This document shows positions 44,363 to 58,016 of a DNA stretch of 64,000 bases, one piece after another. The notes beneath the pieces were generated by a model. The model made no database searches and was not told the origin of the DNA. It worked only from the letters and a program-made list of their open reading frames with translations. This DNA is from Octopus vulgaris (Eukaryota), in contig OX597820.1 of assembly GCA_951406725.2 (NCBI GenBank), positions 12,524,001-12,588,000 on the forward strand, in the 5' to 3' direction. Each line of letters opens with the position of its first letter. Positions within the stretch are counted from its first letter, which is position 1. Position numbers and translations under genes: made by a program.

Positions 44363-45409
44363 TATATATATATGTCTACAATGTTATTTGTGCTTTTGCT
44401 TTTTATGTCATATTTGGTAGAAGTGGGGGGGGGGATTTCTGTTTGCAATTTCCAATTTTCTTTTAGTGACGGATTCCTGTTTATTGGAATCCATACATCG
44501 ATCACGGAACATATCACTTCCTGTAGGCCCTTCAGAACACTTGTCACTTAGTCAATCATCGTGAGCGTTGGTGGCTCATTTCTATGCCGCATCTGCTCTG
44601 TATGTATTTCATAAAAATTGCATTATTGGAAAGTGCAAATGTTTGTTTTTTTCGTATGATTTCCCTGTATTTTATATTTGTTTCTTGCTCTGACAGTGTA
44701 ACCAAGCGCAGGTCTGTGTAATTTTCTTTATGTGTGCACACTCTTTTAGACTTGTCTTTCTATTGTACTTAAAATCATCTACTTAATATATATTTAGTTA
44801 TATTTTTCCGTACTTGGTGTAGAATTGTAAGGCATGCGATTTTCATAATCAACTTATCTGCATGCTTTTTCATCATTCCGAAGGCACTTCTTATAAAACT
44901 TTTTATTATACTATTATGAGAATTTTTATGTTTATTCCATAAATCATATAATTATGTATTTCATTAACAATGATATCAGTTATACGAAGAATTACCTCTT
45001 AAATAATGTACATCATCAGATCACCAGAGGTTGCATAACAAACGTAAAAGATTCAGCTGATTCCTCTTTCCTTACTTTTTATATTTACCTCTCGTCTTTA
45101 TTTCTTTTGTAGTCATGTTTTGACTGCTCGGCACATTTTTCAATTAAAACTATTTCATATCATTTACAAGTATATCGAATCGATCAGGCCTAATTTTTTC
45201 CTTTCTGTCAGTTGTTGCATTTCTCAGTATACACGCTTCGTCATTATCCCTGATCACTCCCGGTGTATTTTGTAATCAACAATTATATGCGAGGTTCTAC
45301 TGCATATTCGCATATATATTTGTACGCGTGATTCGGTGTATGTACGTGTGTGGTGGTTCTACCGATGCATATATAAATCTACATATATGTATGCATATCT
45401 ATCATGTTG

Positions 45410-45539
<130 letters not shown>

Positions 45540-45552
45540 TATGTTAGACGAA

Positions 45553-45768
45553 AGGCGGCGACCTGCCAGAATCGTTAGCACGCCGGGCGAAATGCATAGC
45601 GGTATTTCATCTGCCTTTATGTTCTGAGTTCAAATTTTGCCGAGGTCGACTTTGCCTTTCATCCTTTTAGGGTTGATAAACTAAGTACCAGTTGTGTACT
45701 GAGTTCGATCAAATCGACTGGCCCCCTCCCCCCAAAATTTCGGGTCATGTGCCTACAGTAGAGAAGAA
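45553..45768 (+). mobile_element. SINE family A with 12-bp TSD
   Basis: Full head and core; TSD atgttagacgaa at 45541-45552 and 45771-45782. Confidence 0.92.
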
Positions 45769-45839
45769 TGATGTTAGACGAAGAAATGCGATATAAACAA
45801 TTTGCATCTCATACATCATTTCAGCTATGTGATATATAT

Positions 45840-46015
45840 GTTCGCCATGCTGGACAGCTCTCTCTGATTATTTTCTTTGATTCCTTTCTGTTGAAGAGCG
45901 TAGGCTCGAAACATAAAAGACTTTTTCATTTTCTCGAGCGTCAAACTAATAGACTTGCTTGTTATTCATACACATGTCTTCATTTTTTTTGTTTTTCTAT
46001 AAATTTCAACTATAC
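45840..46015 (+). mobile_element. CUGUUGA hammerhead-like repeat, copy 3
   Basis: cttt-ctgttga-a-gagc-gtag-gctc-gaa-acat-a-aaag at 45884-45919; ends at a TA-rich microsatellite. Confidence 0.65.
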
Positions 46016-46668
46016 ATATACATATACATACACATATATATATATATATATATATATGTGTGTACATATGTGTGTTTTTGTTTGTGTATATATATATGTA
46101 TGTGTTTGTATGTATGCGTGTGTTTCCTTTAACAATATGTAAATTACCTTTTATAACCGGTGACTTTCAAACTCTGTAAACCAAAACAATAGATAGATCA
46201 ATACAGGCTTATCATTTGCTAGCCTATATACAATATAATTCTAAAGGAGAAATGAAGTGTCGGCGCATACTAACGCAGTACACCTTCGCGTGAATAATGA
46301 TATAGTTTTCCTGCCATATGATGCAGCAAAATTTCAAGATAGCTAAGAATATATGAGGTGTAAGTTCGAAGAAATATTTATAAAATACTAGTTAATGAAA
46401 TCGTTAATGAATCGTTACACGATTCCTAAATTTCTGTCAAAGAGGAAATGTATAGCGATTAGAAATTATTTTAATAGATAAGATGAAAATAACTGTCATC
46501 AACTCAAAGTTATGATTTGAAATATTAAGCTCCTGTTTAATAGGTTGCTGATGATCAAAGTATATCTATAATTTGTAGTTTAGTTTTGCCGAAAGATATA
46601 ACGATCGCGTGGTCCGTAACTTATTTCATTCTGTGTGTCTGTCTGACTGTCCTTCTGCGTGCTTGTCT

Positions 46669-46714
<46 letters not shown>

Positions 46715-46858
46715 TGTGTATATACATATATACAGGTGAAGAGAGATGTATGTAAGAAGGTGTAATAATTTGACTCTCGAGAAAGTGAGAGATCAGGCAT
46801 TTACATATATAAATCTCACCCTCTCTCTCTCTCTATATATATATATAGAGAGAGAGAG

Positions 46859-47058
46859 ACGTTAGCACGGCGGGCGAAATGCGTAGCCGTATTTCGTCTG
46901 CCGCTACGTTGTGAGTTCAAATTCCGTCGAGGTCGACTTTACCTTTCATCCTTTCGGGGTCGATTAAATAAGTACCAGTTACGCACTGGGGTCGATATAA
47001 TCGACTTAATCCGTTTGTTTGTCCTCTCTGTGTTTAGCCCCTTGTGGGTAGTAAAGAA

Positions 47059-47060
<2 letters not shown>
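46859..47060 (+). mobile_element. SINE family A (5'-clipped)
   Basis: acgttagcacg...gagttcaaattccgtcgaggtcgac...gtaaagaaat. Confidence 0.9.
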
Positions 47061-47111
<51 letters not shown>

Positions 47112-47174
47112 TAGTTAGATAGATAGATAGATAAATAGATAAATAGATACATACATACATATAGATACACACAC

Positions 47175-47208
<34 letters not shown>

Positions 47209-47216
47209 ACACACAA

Positions 47217-47282
<66 letters not shown>

Positions 47283-47312
47283 ACATTTCTGTACCCTGAA
47301 AACGTATCGCTT

Positions 47313-47697
47313 ATCTCCTACTTGTTTTAATCATTGGAATACGACCATTTTGGGACACCAACTTGAAGGGTTTAGTAGAACAAGTCGATCCCGGTACTTA
47401 TCCTGTGAATTCTAGTACTTTTTCTATCGGGTTTTGTCATCGAAACGCCAATTTATGGTGGCGTAAAGAAACAAACACCGTTTTTCAAATTGCGGAGAGG
47501 AAACAAAGACAAACAGACGCACACGTATATATTTATGTATACGGCGGGCGTCAACACAATTTCTCTTTATCAAATTCACTCACAAAACATTGGTCTGGCC
47601 AGGGTTATAATAAAATTCACTTGCCCGAGGTGCCACGCAGAGGAACTGAACATAAATCTACGTAGTTCCAAAGCGTACATTTTGAGCAAGCAACCGT
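47313..47697 (-). mobile_element. SINE family B (diverged)
   Basis: cacttgcccgaggtgccacgcagaggaactgaac and caaattcactcacaaaacattggtctggcc are reverse complements of the family B head. Confidence 0.8.
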
Positions 47698-48299
47698 TGA
47701 AGTATTTTGAGCTTAGAATAGATTTTGTCGAGCACGAAACACCGGGATATATACGTATGTACACCTTTTGTCTGTGGAAAACTATACCTACACATATATA
47801 CACGCACGCACACACACGCATACACACTTTTATGTATATATGCATGTATGCATGCATGTATGTCTGCCTGTTTATACTCACAGACCGACACAAATATCTA
47901 TATATATATGCGGGCATGCATGTATAGATTTGTGGGTTTGTACGCTGATATCTTTATGTGTATTTACGCTTATCTGTGTGTTTTCATGGTTATTTGAGTA
48001 TTCCCATAAATATTTTATAATTCAATAGTCAAAGCTACTAACCGTATCTTATAGCGTTTCTTCTTGAAATATTTCAGATATATAATTTATCTTAAACATA
48101 TTGGTTTTTACTGCAGTTCTTGTCCTGGCACAGATTTTAAATAAGAAAGGAAACACACCTTATAGCTAGACGGCCACATTAGCCTTGTAAACCTCCGTAG
48201 AAAGTTATTATCAGGGCTAAATAGTTAAAAAGCAAATTTATCACGAACTCCTGATACTGTGATAATATTTGCAGTAGAATAGCCTACATAAAATTTACA

Positions 48300-48603
48300 C
48301 ACACACATATAAATATACATTTATATATATATACATTTATGAATATACCTACATACGTATATGCTCTCACTCACACTGAGAAATTGATATAACCAATTCT
48401 TAAATTGATGTACACTAGTGTACAATATAACACACATAACGATATTTCAAAAATGTAAACACACACACACACACGCATATATACATTTATGTATATCCAT
48501 ACATACGTACATGTTCTCACTCACACAGAGAAATTTATATAACAAATTCTTAAATTGATGTACACTAGTGTATAGTATAATACATAGAAAGATATTTCAA
48601 AAT
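48300..48603. repeat. 150-bp tandem duplication (diverged)
   Basis: ctcactcacac...ttcttaaattgatgtacactagtgta...gatatttcaaaa recurs at 48366 and 48516. Confidence 0.85.
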
Positions 48604-50409
48604 ATAATAACAGTAAACGGAGGGCGGTATCAACTAACAATTGACTTCGTCACGCTAATATGAGACAGCATAAGTGTTTTTGGATGAGCATCTGTGTGTG
48701 TCTGTATTATTTTGCTAAAAATGGAGACAATCCCTAGAGTCAGAATGCCATAAATCGCGATTCAAAATTATCGTCAGTGCAACAATAAATTGATGAACCT
48801 ATTACCGCATCGATCTGATCTGGCACTGAGGGTTGTGAAAGGTTACGAACACAGGTATTTCCAACAATCACACAACCACAACAATACATAATATGCATAT
48901 GGGAAAGAAATTCATGCACAAATCAGCTGTTTTAAAAATCATGATCATAGGTTTCCTAAAAATACATATAATGTGCATCAATATTTACGTATAGATGTAG
49001 ATATTTCTGATACACAATTGTTACCGTATCTTGCTCTTGACAAGAAAACAAACAATATTTTACTGGATTGCTGCGCACTTCTCTAGATTTCTTTTTCCTG
49101 CTTTCATTTCGCATACTATTTTATCGCAACATCTTCTAAATCCAGCCTGAATGATTGTTCTTTTTTATATTAGACCTTCTCAAATATTTTCAATGAGCCT
49201 AAATGTAATATAAAAAGGACCTCAGAGAGTGAGAGTAAAACGCATACATCGCTGATGATAGAAATATATTTGGATTTCGAAGTATAAATTTTGAATATTA
49301 ATTCTAGAATTTTGAAGTAAACACCTGAAATATAAAAAATATAACTACAAAATAAATAGAAAAGGGAGAACAAAATTTAACATACATCATACTCTCCGCA
49401 CATTCCATATTTCTTAATTCTCCGATCTGTAGCAATTTAAATAAATCCATTTACAGATTTAGAAAAAAAATAATCACAGCAGCTGATTTCTTGTTAATAC
49501 ATAGAAACAATTTCAAAATATAATAACAGTAAACGGAGGGCGGTATCAATAACAATTGACTTCGTCACGCTAATATGAGACAGCATAAGTGTTTTTGGAT
49601 AGCATCTGTGTGTGTCTGTATTATTTTGCTAAAAATGGAGACAATCCCTAGAGTCAGAATGCCATAAATCGCGATTCAAAATTATCGTCAGTGCAACAAT
49701 AAATTGATGAACCTATTACCGCATCGATCTGATCTGTCACTGAGGGTTGTGAAAGGTTACGAACACAGGTATTTCCAACAATCACACAACCACAACAATA
49801 CATAATATGCATATGGGAAAGAAATTCATGCACAAATCAGCTGTTTTTTAAAAATCATGATCATAGGTTTCCTAAAAATACATATAATGTGCATCAATAT
49901 TTACGTATAGATGTAGATATTTCTGATACACAATTGTTACCGTATCTTGCTCTTGACAAGAAAACAAACAATATTTTACTGGATTGCTGCGCACTTCTCT
50001 AGATTTCTTTTTCCTGCTTTCATTTCTCATACTATTTTATCGCAACAACTTCTAAATCCAGCCTGAATGATTGTTCTTTTTTATATTAGACCTTCTCAAG
50101 TATTTTCAATGAGCCTAAATGTAATATAAAAAGGACCTCAGAGAGTGAGAGTAAAACGCATACATCGCTGATGATAGAAATATATTTGGATTTCGAAGTA
50201 TAAATTTTGAATATAAATTCTAGAATTTTGAAGTAAACACCTGAAATATAAAAAATATAACTACAAAATAAATAGAAAAGGGAGAACAACATTTAACATA
50301 CATCATACTCTCCGCACATTCCATATTTCTTAATTCTTCGATCTGTGGCAATTTAAATAAATCCATTTACAGATTTAGAAAAAATAATCACAGCAGCTGA
50401 TTTCTTGTT
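48579..50409. repeat. Near-identical 917/914-bp tandem duplication
   Basis: Unit 1 is 48579-49495 and unit 2 is 49496-50409; both begin aatacatagaaa and end gctgatttcttgtt; ORFs 49170-49373 and 50086-50292 are near-identical. Confidence 0.95.
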
Positions 50410-51118
50410 CTGGGGAACAACTTACACGTCATAATATTGCTTTGAAATATTTTATCTTTCTATGTATACGTTTAAATCAAAATATCTCTTACTTTACATA
50501 CGTTTCGTGAAAATCCGTAATTACATAGCTAAAAATAAAGTACAAAATTAGTAGTATCTTGAAATTTCATCCATTAGATTTTGAATTGTTAAAAAATTGT
50601 TAAAGCCATTATATATTTTAATATACGGACACTAACATTCCTTCACAGGAGATATATATATATAAACGGATTAATATTACAACGGCGACTCACCTCAAAT
50701 CAACATTCCACATAACTGGAAATAATAAAACTGGAAAGCAATGTCATTTATAGAATATAGAAAGAGTAGTTAGCTTTGTTTACAACGACTGCGGTCATAA
50801 TACTAACATTGGAACATTTAAACGCATCCTAAGAAGAATTCATCTAAAATTAATTTAATCTAAGGAAAACTAAGCCATCCGTACAGTTTGCCGTTTGAAA
50901 AGTTATATATTTCTAAATTGTTTTCAAGTGGAAACTGAAATGAATGATAATTTGTAGAGAGCTTCTTTTGTGTCATTGTAAATTCCCTTTCGCCCCGACA
51001 TACAAACACACATATATATTGTCCATGTCATAAGCAAATTATAAAATTCGAGAGAAGTTGGAAGAATTATATTTTTGCAATGGTGGATCTAGAAGCAGGC
51101 AACGCTGTAAATAATAGT

Positions 51119-51507
51119 GGCAGGCGTGGCTATGTGGTATTTAGATTTCTTTCCAATCACATGGTTCCGGGTTTAGACTCACTACATGGCACCTTGAAGA
51201 AGTGTCTTCTACTATAGCCTTGGGCCGACCAAATGCTTGTGAGCGGATTTGGTTGAATGAAACTGATAGAAGCCCATCGTATATATGTATATGCGTACAT
51301 CCACGCATATATGTCTTTGTGTCTGTGTTTGATCCACCATCACCGCTTGAAAAAAGGTGTTGTGCTTACCCTCTCGTAATCAAGCGGATACCTATAGAAT
51401 AAGTATCAAGCTTTAAAAGAAGGCCTGGGACCGATTTGTTCGATTAAATCCCTTCGACGTAGTACCCCAGCATGGCCGCAGTCAAATGACTAAAACAACT
51501 AAAAGAT
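51119..51507 (+). mobile_element. SINE family B (diverged)
   Basis: ggcgtggctatgtggta...ggcaccttgaagaagtgtcttctactatagcc...ccagcatggccgcagtcaaatgact. Confidence 0.85.
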
Positions 51508-52535
51508 TAAGTATTAGTTTTTAAAAAAGAACACTTTGGAGAGAAAAGTTCGCAGATTGCCCGGGTCTTTACTCTTCTCTGTATTCATTCACACTGTTCT
51601 CCACTATCATGTCGTATACACACACACACACACACACACATGTATGTATATATATGCATATAACTATACACACACACACAAATATACACACACATATATA
51701 TATATATACTTATTTATAGATACACATATTCCTGTATGTATGCCTCATACAATAACAAGGTAACAGTCAACCTATGTATATTATACTCAAAAGGAAAAAA
51801 ACACTCGAATATATGTGTGTGTGTGCATGTGTGTGTTTGTGTGTGTGTGTATGTGTGTGTGTGTTTGTGAGCCCATTTATAACTTAAATATTAAGAAAAA
51901 CCTGCGCGGGCTTAGATGGTGAAATAAAATACTACTAATATCTTTATCTAAATAAAGAATTTCAATAAGAATAACGGGTGCATTACGACAAAAAAATGTA
52001 AGAATTATTCTCTAGGATAACGGACAATAATATATTCGAGTGTTACGTACGTAGCTTACAGAAGATTATATCAGCTGAATGAATAGCTTGTTAAACGAAA
52101 GTTAATCTGTAGGGAATCTCGCTTAAATCTAGCTGCCAAATTTGAATTTCTTAATAATAAAATGTTTTGTTGCGTATTTGAATCTCTGGCTTATTTAACA
52201 AATGTTTAAAAATATGTCGAGCTTTAGTTTGCAGGTCTTGCAAATAATATCACTTCCAATATTCATAAGAAAATAAATTCATATAAACAATTATTCACCT
52301 TCCAGTGCCGTGTAACTACAATGTCGTGCAGGGGCGGGTTGAACCAATGAAAATACAGATTAAGCTACTGTTTATGTATATATAAATTTGAACTATTAAC
52401 GATAATTTCAGTGCATGTTGCAAAATCTTTTTACTTTTAATCTAGGTCATTTTTTTAAAGAAAAAAATGTTTTTTTTTCTTAGTCATATAAAAATGAAAA
52501 CGCATCTCCCAATACCACTAATAATGATTACTTTC

Positions 52536-52660
52536 AATGATAGAAAAAGCCAACTTCTAAAATTTAGAAGATTGCCTGTAAAGTTGGAGGTTTCTAAATG
52601 ATAGAAAAAGCCAACTTCTAAAATTTAGAAGATTGCCTGTAAAGTTGGAGGTTTCTAAAT
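52536..52660. repeat. Perfect 61-bp tandem duplication
   Basis: aatgatagaaaaagccaacttctaaaatttagaagattgcctgtaaagttggaggtttcta twice. Confidence 0.95.
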
Positions 52661-53076
52661 ATTTCCGACATCGTTCGCAGATTATGCTAGACTTCTGTCC
52701 TCGTTTATTACGGACGTTTGTTTAAAAATACTCACTGTGATAAATGAATCGATGTTAAACGAATGATAGAACGTAAGGAAAAGATAGATTTTGCTCCGAG
52801 GCCCCCAGTTGTACTAAGCATTGTGGATGGTTGCTGGAGCAAGCTTTTGCGCTCCGTGCATCATTTTTGACTGATCCCCATCTCGTCATCTCTTGATAAG
52901 CGTAATACTGTTCATGATCAGCGTGCCGGATCAGTGATAGAAGAAGATAGCTATATTGTGCTATGCAATACCAGAACAGATCTTTAGCAATCACAGTATC
53001 TATAAACATATGCAAATAGCATTGTCTTAATTTATAATATTTTTGCGGATTATTTTTATTAGTGTCATAACGCTGA

Positions 53077-53134
<58 letters not shown>

Positions 53135-53136
<2 letters not shown>

Positions 53137-53577
53137 TTAGATAAACTTAGATGTGTTTCGACCAATGATTGGTCCAGGCCATGTCTAACTTAATAGCACC
53201 ACCTGATAGGATTATTTGAATCCTGTTTAAGTCACGTTTTGCTTATGCTCCATTCAAGTAGTGAGTTTTCGTTGGGTGAGTTGTATCCAATTATGGGTGG
53301 CTTATCTAGTATTCTTTGAAGGAATCTATCCAGACTCCGTTTAAAGTTTATGGGATCCTGTTCCTCTTTGATCTCTTTCGGGACAATGTTAAATAGGGCA
53401 GGGCCTGTTGAGGAAAAGAAATTATGTTGTAGTGTATATGTATACTGTGATCTTGAATTGGGCAGGGGACGTATGGCCCGTGGTCCCAGTCTTGGATGAA
53501 CCTTGAAGCTTATGTTCAGGTCGTTTGGGCAAAGTTGGCGGTATATTCTCCACATCGTACAAATGATGTACCGCTCA
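53135..53577 (-). mobile_element. CR1/L2-group LINE 3' end, copy 1
   Basis: ORF 53232-53555: FKVHPRLG...FFSSTGPALFNIVPKEIKE...FKRSLDRFL, a typical CR1/L2 C-terminus; flanked by TA/TATG repeats. Confidence 0.85.
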
Positions 53578-53591
53578 TATGTATATATATC

Positions 53592-53625
<34 letters not shown>

Positions 53626-54589
53626 TGTATGTATGTATGTATGTATGTATGTATGTATGTATGTATGTATGTGTGTGTGTGTGTGTTCGAGAATTTCGCT
53701 TAACAGTTCAGTGTGGGACCCATCTACATTTGAGAATTAATGATATAAATTATACAACCCATGTAAATATTAAAATATTAAAAAGATAAATAAACAAAAA
53801 CAAAATAACCATGTTATACATTCCTCTGTATTTGAACGCATTTCCTTTTATGAGAGAATTTATTTTCATAGCTAATTTTATCGTTATTTTTTACATTGTT
53901 AACTCATTGTTAAATGCCATCCTTGTTGTTACAAAAATATTGTTGAGTTTAATTATATTATTTCTTTGTAATTAAGCACTTTACTTTAAAATGAATTTTT
54001 GATGAATGTTGTATATAAGCCTTACATATTATTTGCATAAAATCAAATGAATAGCTTCCGATTGTGTATTCACACTTGCATTCTCATAAGGTGAATAGTC
54101 TTACTGCCAAAACACCTCAGTTGAATAAGCATATCTTGAACTGGAAAATTTACTTGAGATAACAGGCAAGATAACTCGTTCCTATATTCATATATCACAG
54201 TGATACACGTATGCAATACAGCATCGTGGCGTGTTTCTGTATGTATATGTATTTTTGTGCATGTATGTATGTAGGTAGTAGGTATTGATGTATGTATGTA
54301 TGTATGAAAGTACATATATTTGCATTTATGCATATAGTTGTACGACACATTTAAAGTGTTCCAAGTTCGGCCGAGGATTCAAAAGTAAATACATATATAC
54401 GAGTTTGAAACTAAGTAAAAACAATTGGCGCACGATTATGTTGTCGCTTTCTCTTCTTATGTCATTTAACCTCCGATGATGTATATTTCATCGGATATTT
54501 CCATTTGTTTCAGTAGATATCTATGATACGAAAGATACCCCAAAACGCATACGTATGTTCATGTACATATGTATATATGAATATATACA

Positions 54590-54782
<193 letters not shown>

Positions 54783-55019
54783 TGTGTTTATCTGCATCAC
54801 TATCTTCATACCAGTTCAACTGGATTTATTTTGTAGCCATTCTATACACCGTCGACCTTGTCCTCAATGAAGATTTCGGATTTTTAAAGTCCAAAATATC
54901 TTAGAACTACTACATCTTTTCTATATTGACCATCACTAGCATCCAACATATGACTGTATACATAATGTGTACGTGTGTGTGTGTACACACACACACGCAC
55001 ACATATATATACTTACTCC

Positions 55020-55057
<38 letters not shown>

Positions 55058-55060
55058 TAT

Positions 55061-55267
55061 ATACCGGAGTAAGCACATAAATGTGAAACACTGTGGAAAA
55101 AAGAGTACTCAATAACCAGAGGCAGAGTAATATGCTTTATTTAGAACAGCAGAAATATGACTAAAGCTGTTACTCAGAGTTTCACGTTCCCGTTCGTCGG
55201 ACAGTTGTGTTTCCCGACGAACGGGAATGTGAAACTCTGAGTAACAGCTTATGTTATATTTCTGCTG
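55061..55267 (-). mobile_element. Penelope-like mini-element with long fold-back, in a TA microsatellite
   Basis: Arms 55147-55200 and 55214-55267 are near-perfect inverted repeats; same family as 57871-58016; AATAAA on the minus strand at about 55136-55141. Confidence 0.8.
55165..55206 (-). ncRNA. Minimal type I hammerhead ribozyme, U4C core variant
   Basis: Minus strand reads CTGT-CCGACGA-ACG-GGAA-CGT-GAA-ACTC-T-GAGT-A-ACAG: helix I CTGT/ACAG, helix II ACG/CGT with a GGAA loop, helix III ACTC/GAGT, GUA cleavage triplet. Confidence 0.75.
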
Positions 55268-55273
55268 CTTTTA

Positions 55274-55329
<56 letters not shown>

Positions 55330-55803
55330 TATATGAATAATATGTATGCATATTTGCGCGTGTGTTTATTTATACGTGTATATATATACATTTATATATG
55401 TTATATATAATTGTGTGCAAGGCAGCACATCATTTCAAATATATATTAGCAGTGCAGCGTTACGTTATGTATTTCTAGCAAAAAAAGTATTTAAAGTGTA
55501 ATATACAATCCTAATAAGGAAATCTAGATTTGAAACTTTGTGAGGCATATGATATCATTTATAACTATTTTATTATACACTTTGATAACCTAATTGTCAA
55601 CCTTTACATATATGCATAATATTCACACACCAAAAAGTTCACTGCATCTTATATATATATGAATGTAAAAATATCCAGAGTTAAAAGAGTCAATAAGCGT
55701 ACTGTGTGATGCGCTCATATTTTCCATACGAATAAATTACAAAAATAGAACATAATCGAAGATATTTTGAATAAATGCATGCATACATACATACATATAT
55801 ATA

Positions 55804-56290
55804 TAGATATGTTTCGACCAAAGATTGGTCCAGGCCATGCCTAACTTAATAGCACCACCTGATAGGATTATTTGAATCCTGTTTAAGTCAAGTTTTGTTT
55901 ATGGTCCATTCAAGTAGTGAGTTTTTGTTGGGTGAGTTGTATCCAATAATAGGTGTCTTATCCGGTATTCCTTGAAGAAATCTATCCAGACTCCGGTTAA
56001 AGTTGATGGGATCTTTTTCCTCTTTGATCTCTTTCTGGACAATGTTAAACAGGGCAGGGCCTGTTGCGGAAAAGAAATTATGTTGCAGTGTACCTATATG
56101 AATTGGGCAGGGGACGTATGACCCATGGACCCAGCCTTGGATGAACCTTGAAACTAATGTTCAGGTCGTTTGTGCAAAGTTGGCGGTATATTCTCCACAT
56201 CGTACAAATGATGTACCGCTCGCGGTGGCGCTGGAGAGAGTAGAGTTTCAATGCTTTAAGGCGGTCCCAATAATCGAGTGCTGTCATGCC

Positions 56291-56294
<4 letters not shown>
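55804..56294 (-). mobile_element. CR1/L2-group LINE 3' end, copy 2
   Basis: [22 protein letters not shown] (Y..RL..L.L.SL..RR motif); clearly homologous to 53135-53577. Confidence 0.88.
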
Positions 56295-56364
<70 letters not shown>

Positions 56365-57246
56365 TGTATGTATGTATATATATATATATATACATATTTG
56401 TATAAATATATGTATAAATACATATGTATACAATATATATATATATATGTATACATATATGTATTTATATACATATGTTTATATACGCATGCATGCATAT
56501 ACATATACATATTTATATACATATGTTTATATACGCATGCATATACACGTGTATACATACACGTATGAATGAATATGCATATATATGCGTGGGTCAAATG
56601 AATTATCTTTTTTACAAGCTCCTTTTTAATTTAATATTCATTACGTTAGAATTTTGTACCCGCTTCGTTAATTTGATACACAACCTGTTATAATTTGACA
56701 TAAACATCGTTGATTTTATATAACTTATTTTTACCTTTTGATATACATTTCATTAGTTTTATATATAAGCTTTTAAAATCTGTAAACTTGCATGCTAGAG
56801 AGTATTCCATTGATAATGGGTTTAAAATTATGTGGATAAAAGCAAATGCGTATGACATAACTAAAAGAACCAAATAATGGAAATCGAATTGTTCATTTTC
56901 TTAAATACTTATATTTATATATAATTTCTTGTAAGTTAGTCTGTTAAAATATTAACTATTAGTACATACGCGCAGAGATATGCTTTCAAAAATGTACAAC
57001 ATATATAAAATACACTGAAATATACATACACACACACATATATATGCAAATATGTATTTATAAATTATATATATATATGAACATATGTATATACATACAT
57101 TTATATGTTCATATATATATATATGTAGACACAAACATACATGTATATATATATATATGTATATGTATATACATATATACATATATACATATATACATAG
57201 TTATTTATATATATCATACATAAATACCTATATCCATATATGTATG

Positions 57247-57312
<66 letters not shown>

Positions 57313-57837
57313 TAGATAGATATATAGATATATATTAATACTTATTGGTAATGCATGCTCCAAGAGAGGAAGAGTAGGATTCGAGAAAGAAATATCTTTT
57401 TTCATTGTTAATATGCGCAATATATAAGTACAGAGGCATACATAATTACAAACACGCAGAGCAAAGAACAAAAAAAGGAAATATGGACATATTGTCATAC
57501 ACACATAAAAATAACTGATAGCCAGCCAAATCCATGGATCGATACGTCACTGAAAATGATGTGAGAAGGGGCAGGTAGGGAGGTTGATGTAGTGCAATGA
57601 CTGCAATACAGACAAACATCTGTGAAATGTTAGATTCGCGGTATTATGGACAAAAGAAATTTAAGAAAATAAGTGGTAGTCATGGGTATAAATTCGCACA
57701 CATTAAGGTGTAGATAAACTGATAATATACACATGGTCATATATAGACACATACACATACGCACACACGCGTACACACATATAATGATACACATAGATAC
57801 CTACTTATATAATTGTTAACAAGGTAAAAATACGCTC

Positions 57838-57870
<33 letters not shown>

Positions 57871-58016
57871 CTAGAGTAAGCACATAAATGCGAAATGAGG
57901 TAGAAAAAATAGTACTCGAATACCGGAGGCAGAGCAATATGGATATCACAAAAACTGTTACTCAGAGTTTCACGTTCTCCGAACGTGAACCTCTGAGTAA
58001 CAGTTTTTTGTGATAT
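57871..58016 (-). mobile_element. Second copy of the 55061 family, also fold-back
   Basis: gagtaagcacataaatg...agtactc...aggcagag shared with the first copy; arms 57943-57977 and 57981-58016 with a 3-nt loop. Confidence 0.8.

Noticed and set aside
46547-46605. ctgatga...cgaaag spacing suggestive of a hammerhead (also 49252-49285 and its duplicate)
   Set aside because: Helices I and III do not pair and the UH site is unconvincing; such strings are expected by chance.
52755-53000. 136-aa minus-strand ORF over a GC-richer patch
   Set aside because: It starts in a LINE tail and TA repeat, with no recognisable domain or clear splice sites.
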